DNA of 64,000 bases from Tubulanus polymorphus. Lineage: Eukaryota > Animalia > Nemertea. Numbering within the stretch: position 1 is the first letter of the stretch; every line of letters begins with the position of its first letter. This document shows positions 63,881-64,000 of the stretch, one piece after another. The notes below the pieces were generated by a model. The model was not told the DNA's origin and did no database searches. It worked only from the letters and a program-made list of their open reading frames with translations. Location: NCBI RefSeq assembly GCF_964204645.1, contig NC_134036.1:2914001-2978000 (forward strand), written 5' to 3'. The position numbers were made by a program, and so were the translations under genes.

Positions 63881-64000
63881 CAACTCCAACTTCCTGTTCG
63901 TTTTGCCGCATGTTTATTATAAACAGCAACGTAAATAAATAAGCGTAAATTAAATTACTCGACTTTATTCAAACTCTTTGCCCCGGAAAGGACTCTCTCT

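Noticed and set aside
63104-63938. Short ORFs at the window end
   Set aside because: The 79-aa ORF has no recognisable motif, and the others are minisatellite translations.

Overview
This is AT-rich animal (invertebrate) genomic DNA with spliceosomal introns, not prokaryotic DNA. The repeat types suggest a lophotrochozoan, but the host cannot be fixed from the sequence. Positions 1-9.9 kb are a non-coding, internally duplicated region with a hairpin-cored satellite. Genes follow in this order: LEO1 (-, 14 exons) head-to-head with TLNRD1 (+); tRNA-Gly(TCC); a mucin-like type I membrane protein whose TM and C-terminal tail match vertebrate ARMH4/C14orf37; a trypsin-like protease with an N-terminal clip/beta-defensin-like domain and a GC-AG intron; two tandem intronless GT31 galactosyltransferases; a GPI-anchored Ly6/quiver-like gene; and a 19-exon ionotropic glutamate receptor with an Epsilon-like N-terminal domain and glycine-type ligand residues. 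The most striking unannotated signal is a set of tiny (160-280 bp) Penelope-type inserts. Three share one architecture: 12-13 bp target-site duplication, inverted arm, minimal hammerhead ribozyme, short 3' tail. One of them duplicated a splice donor of the receptor gene, and further degenerate copies are present. MITEs, a Helentron-type element, LINE fragments, a tRNA-derived SINE and several minisatellites also occur. Gene models were spliced by hand and family assignments rest on recalled motifs, not database searches.
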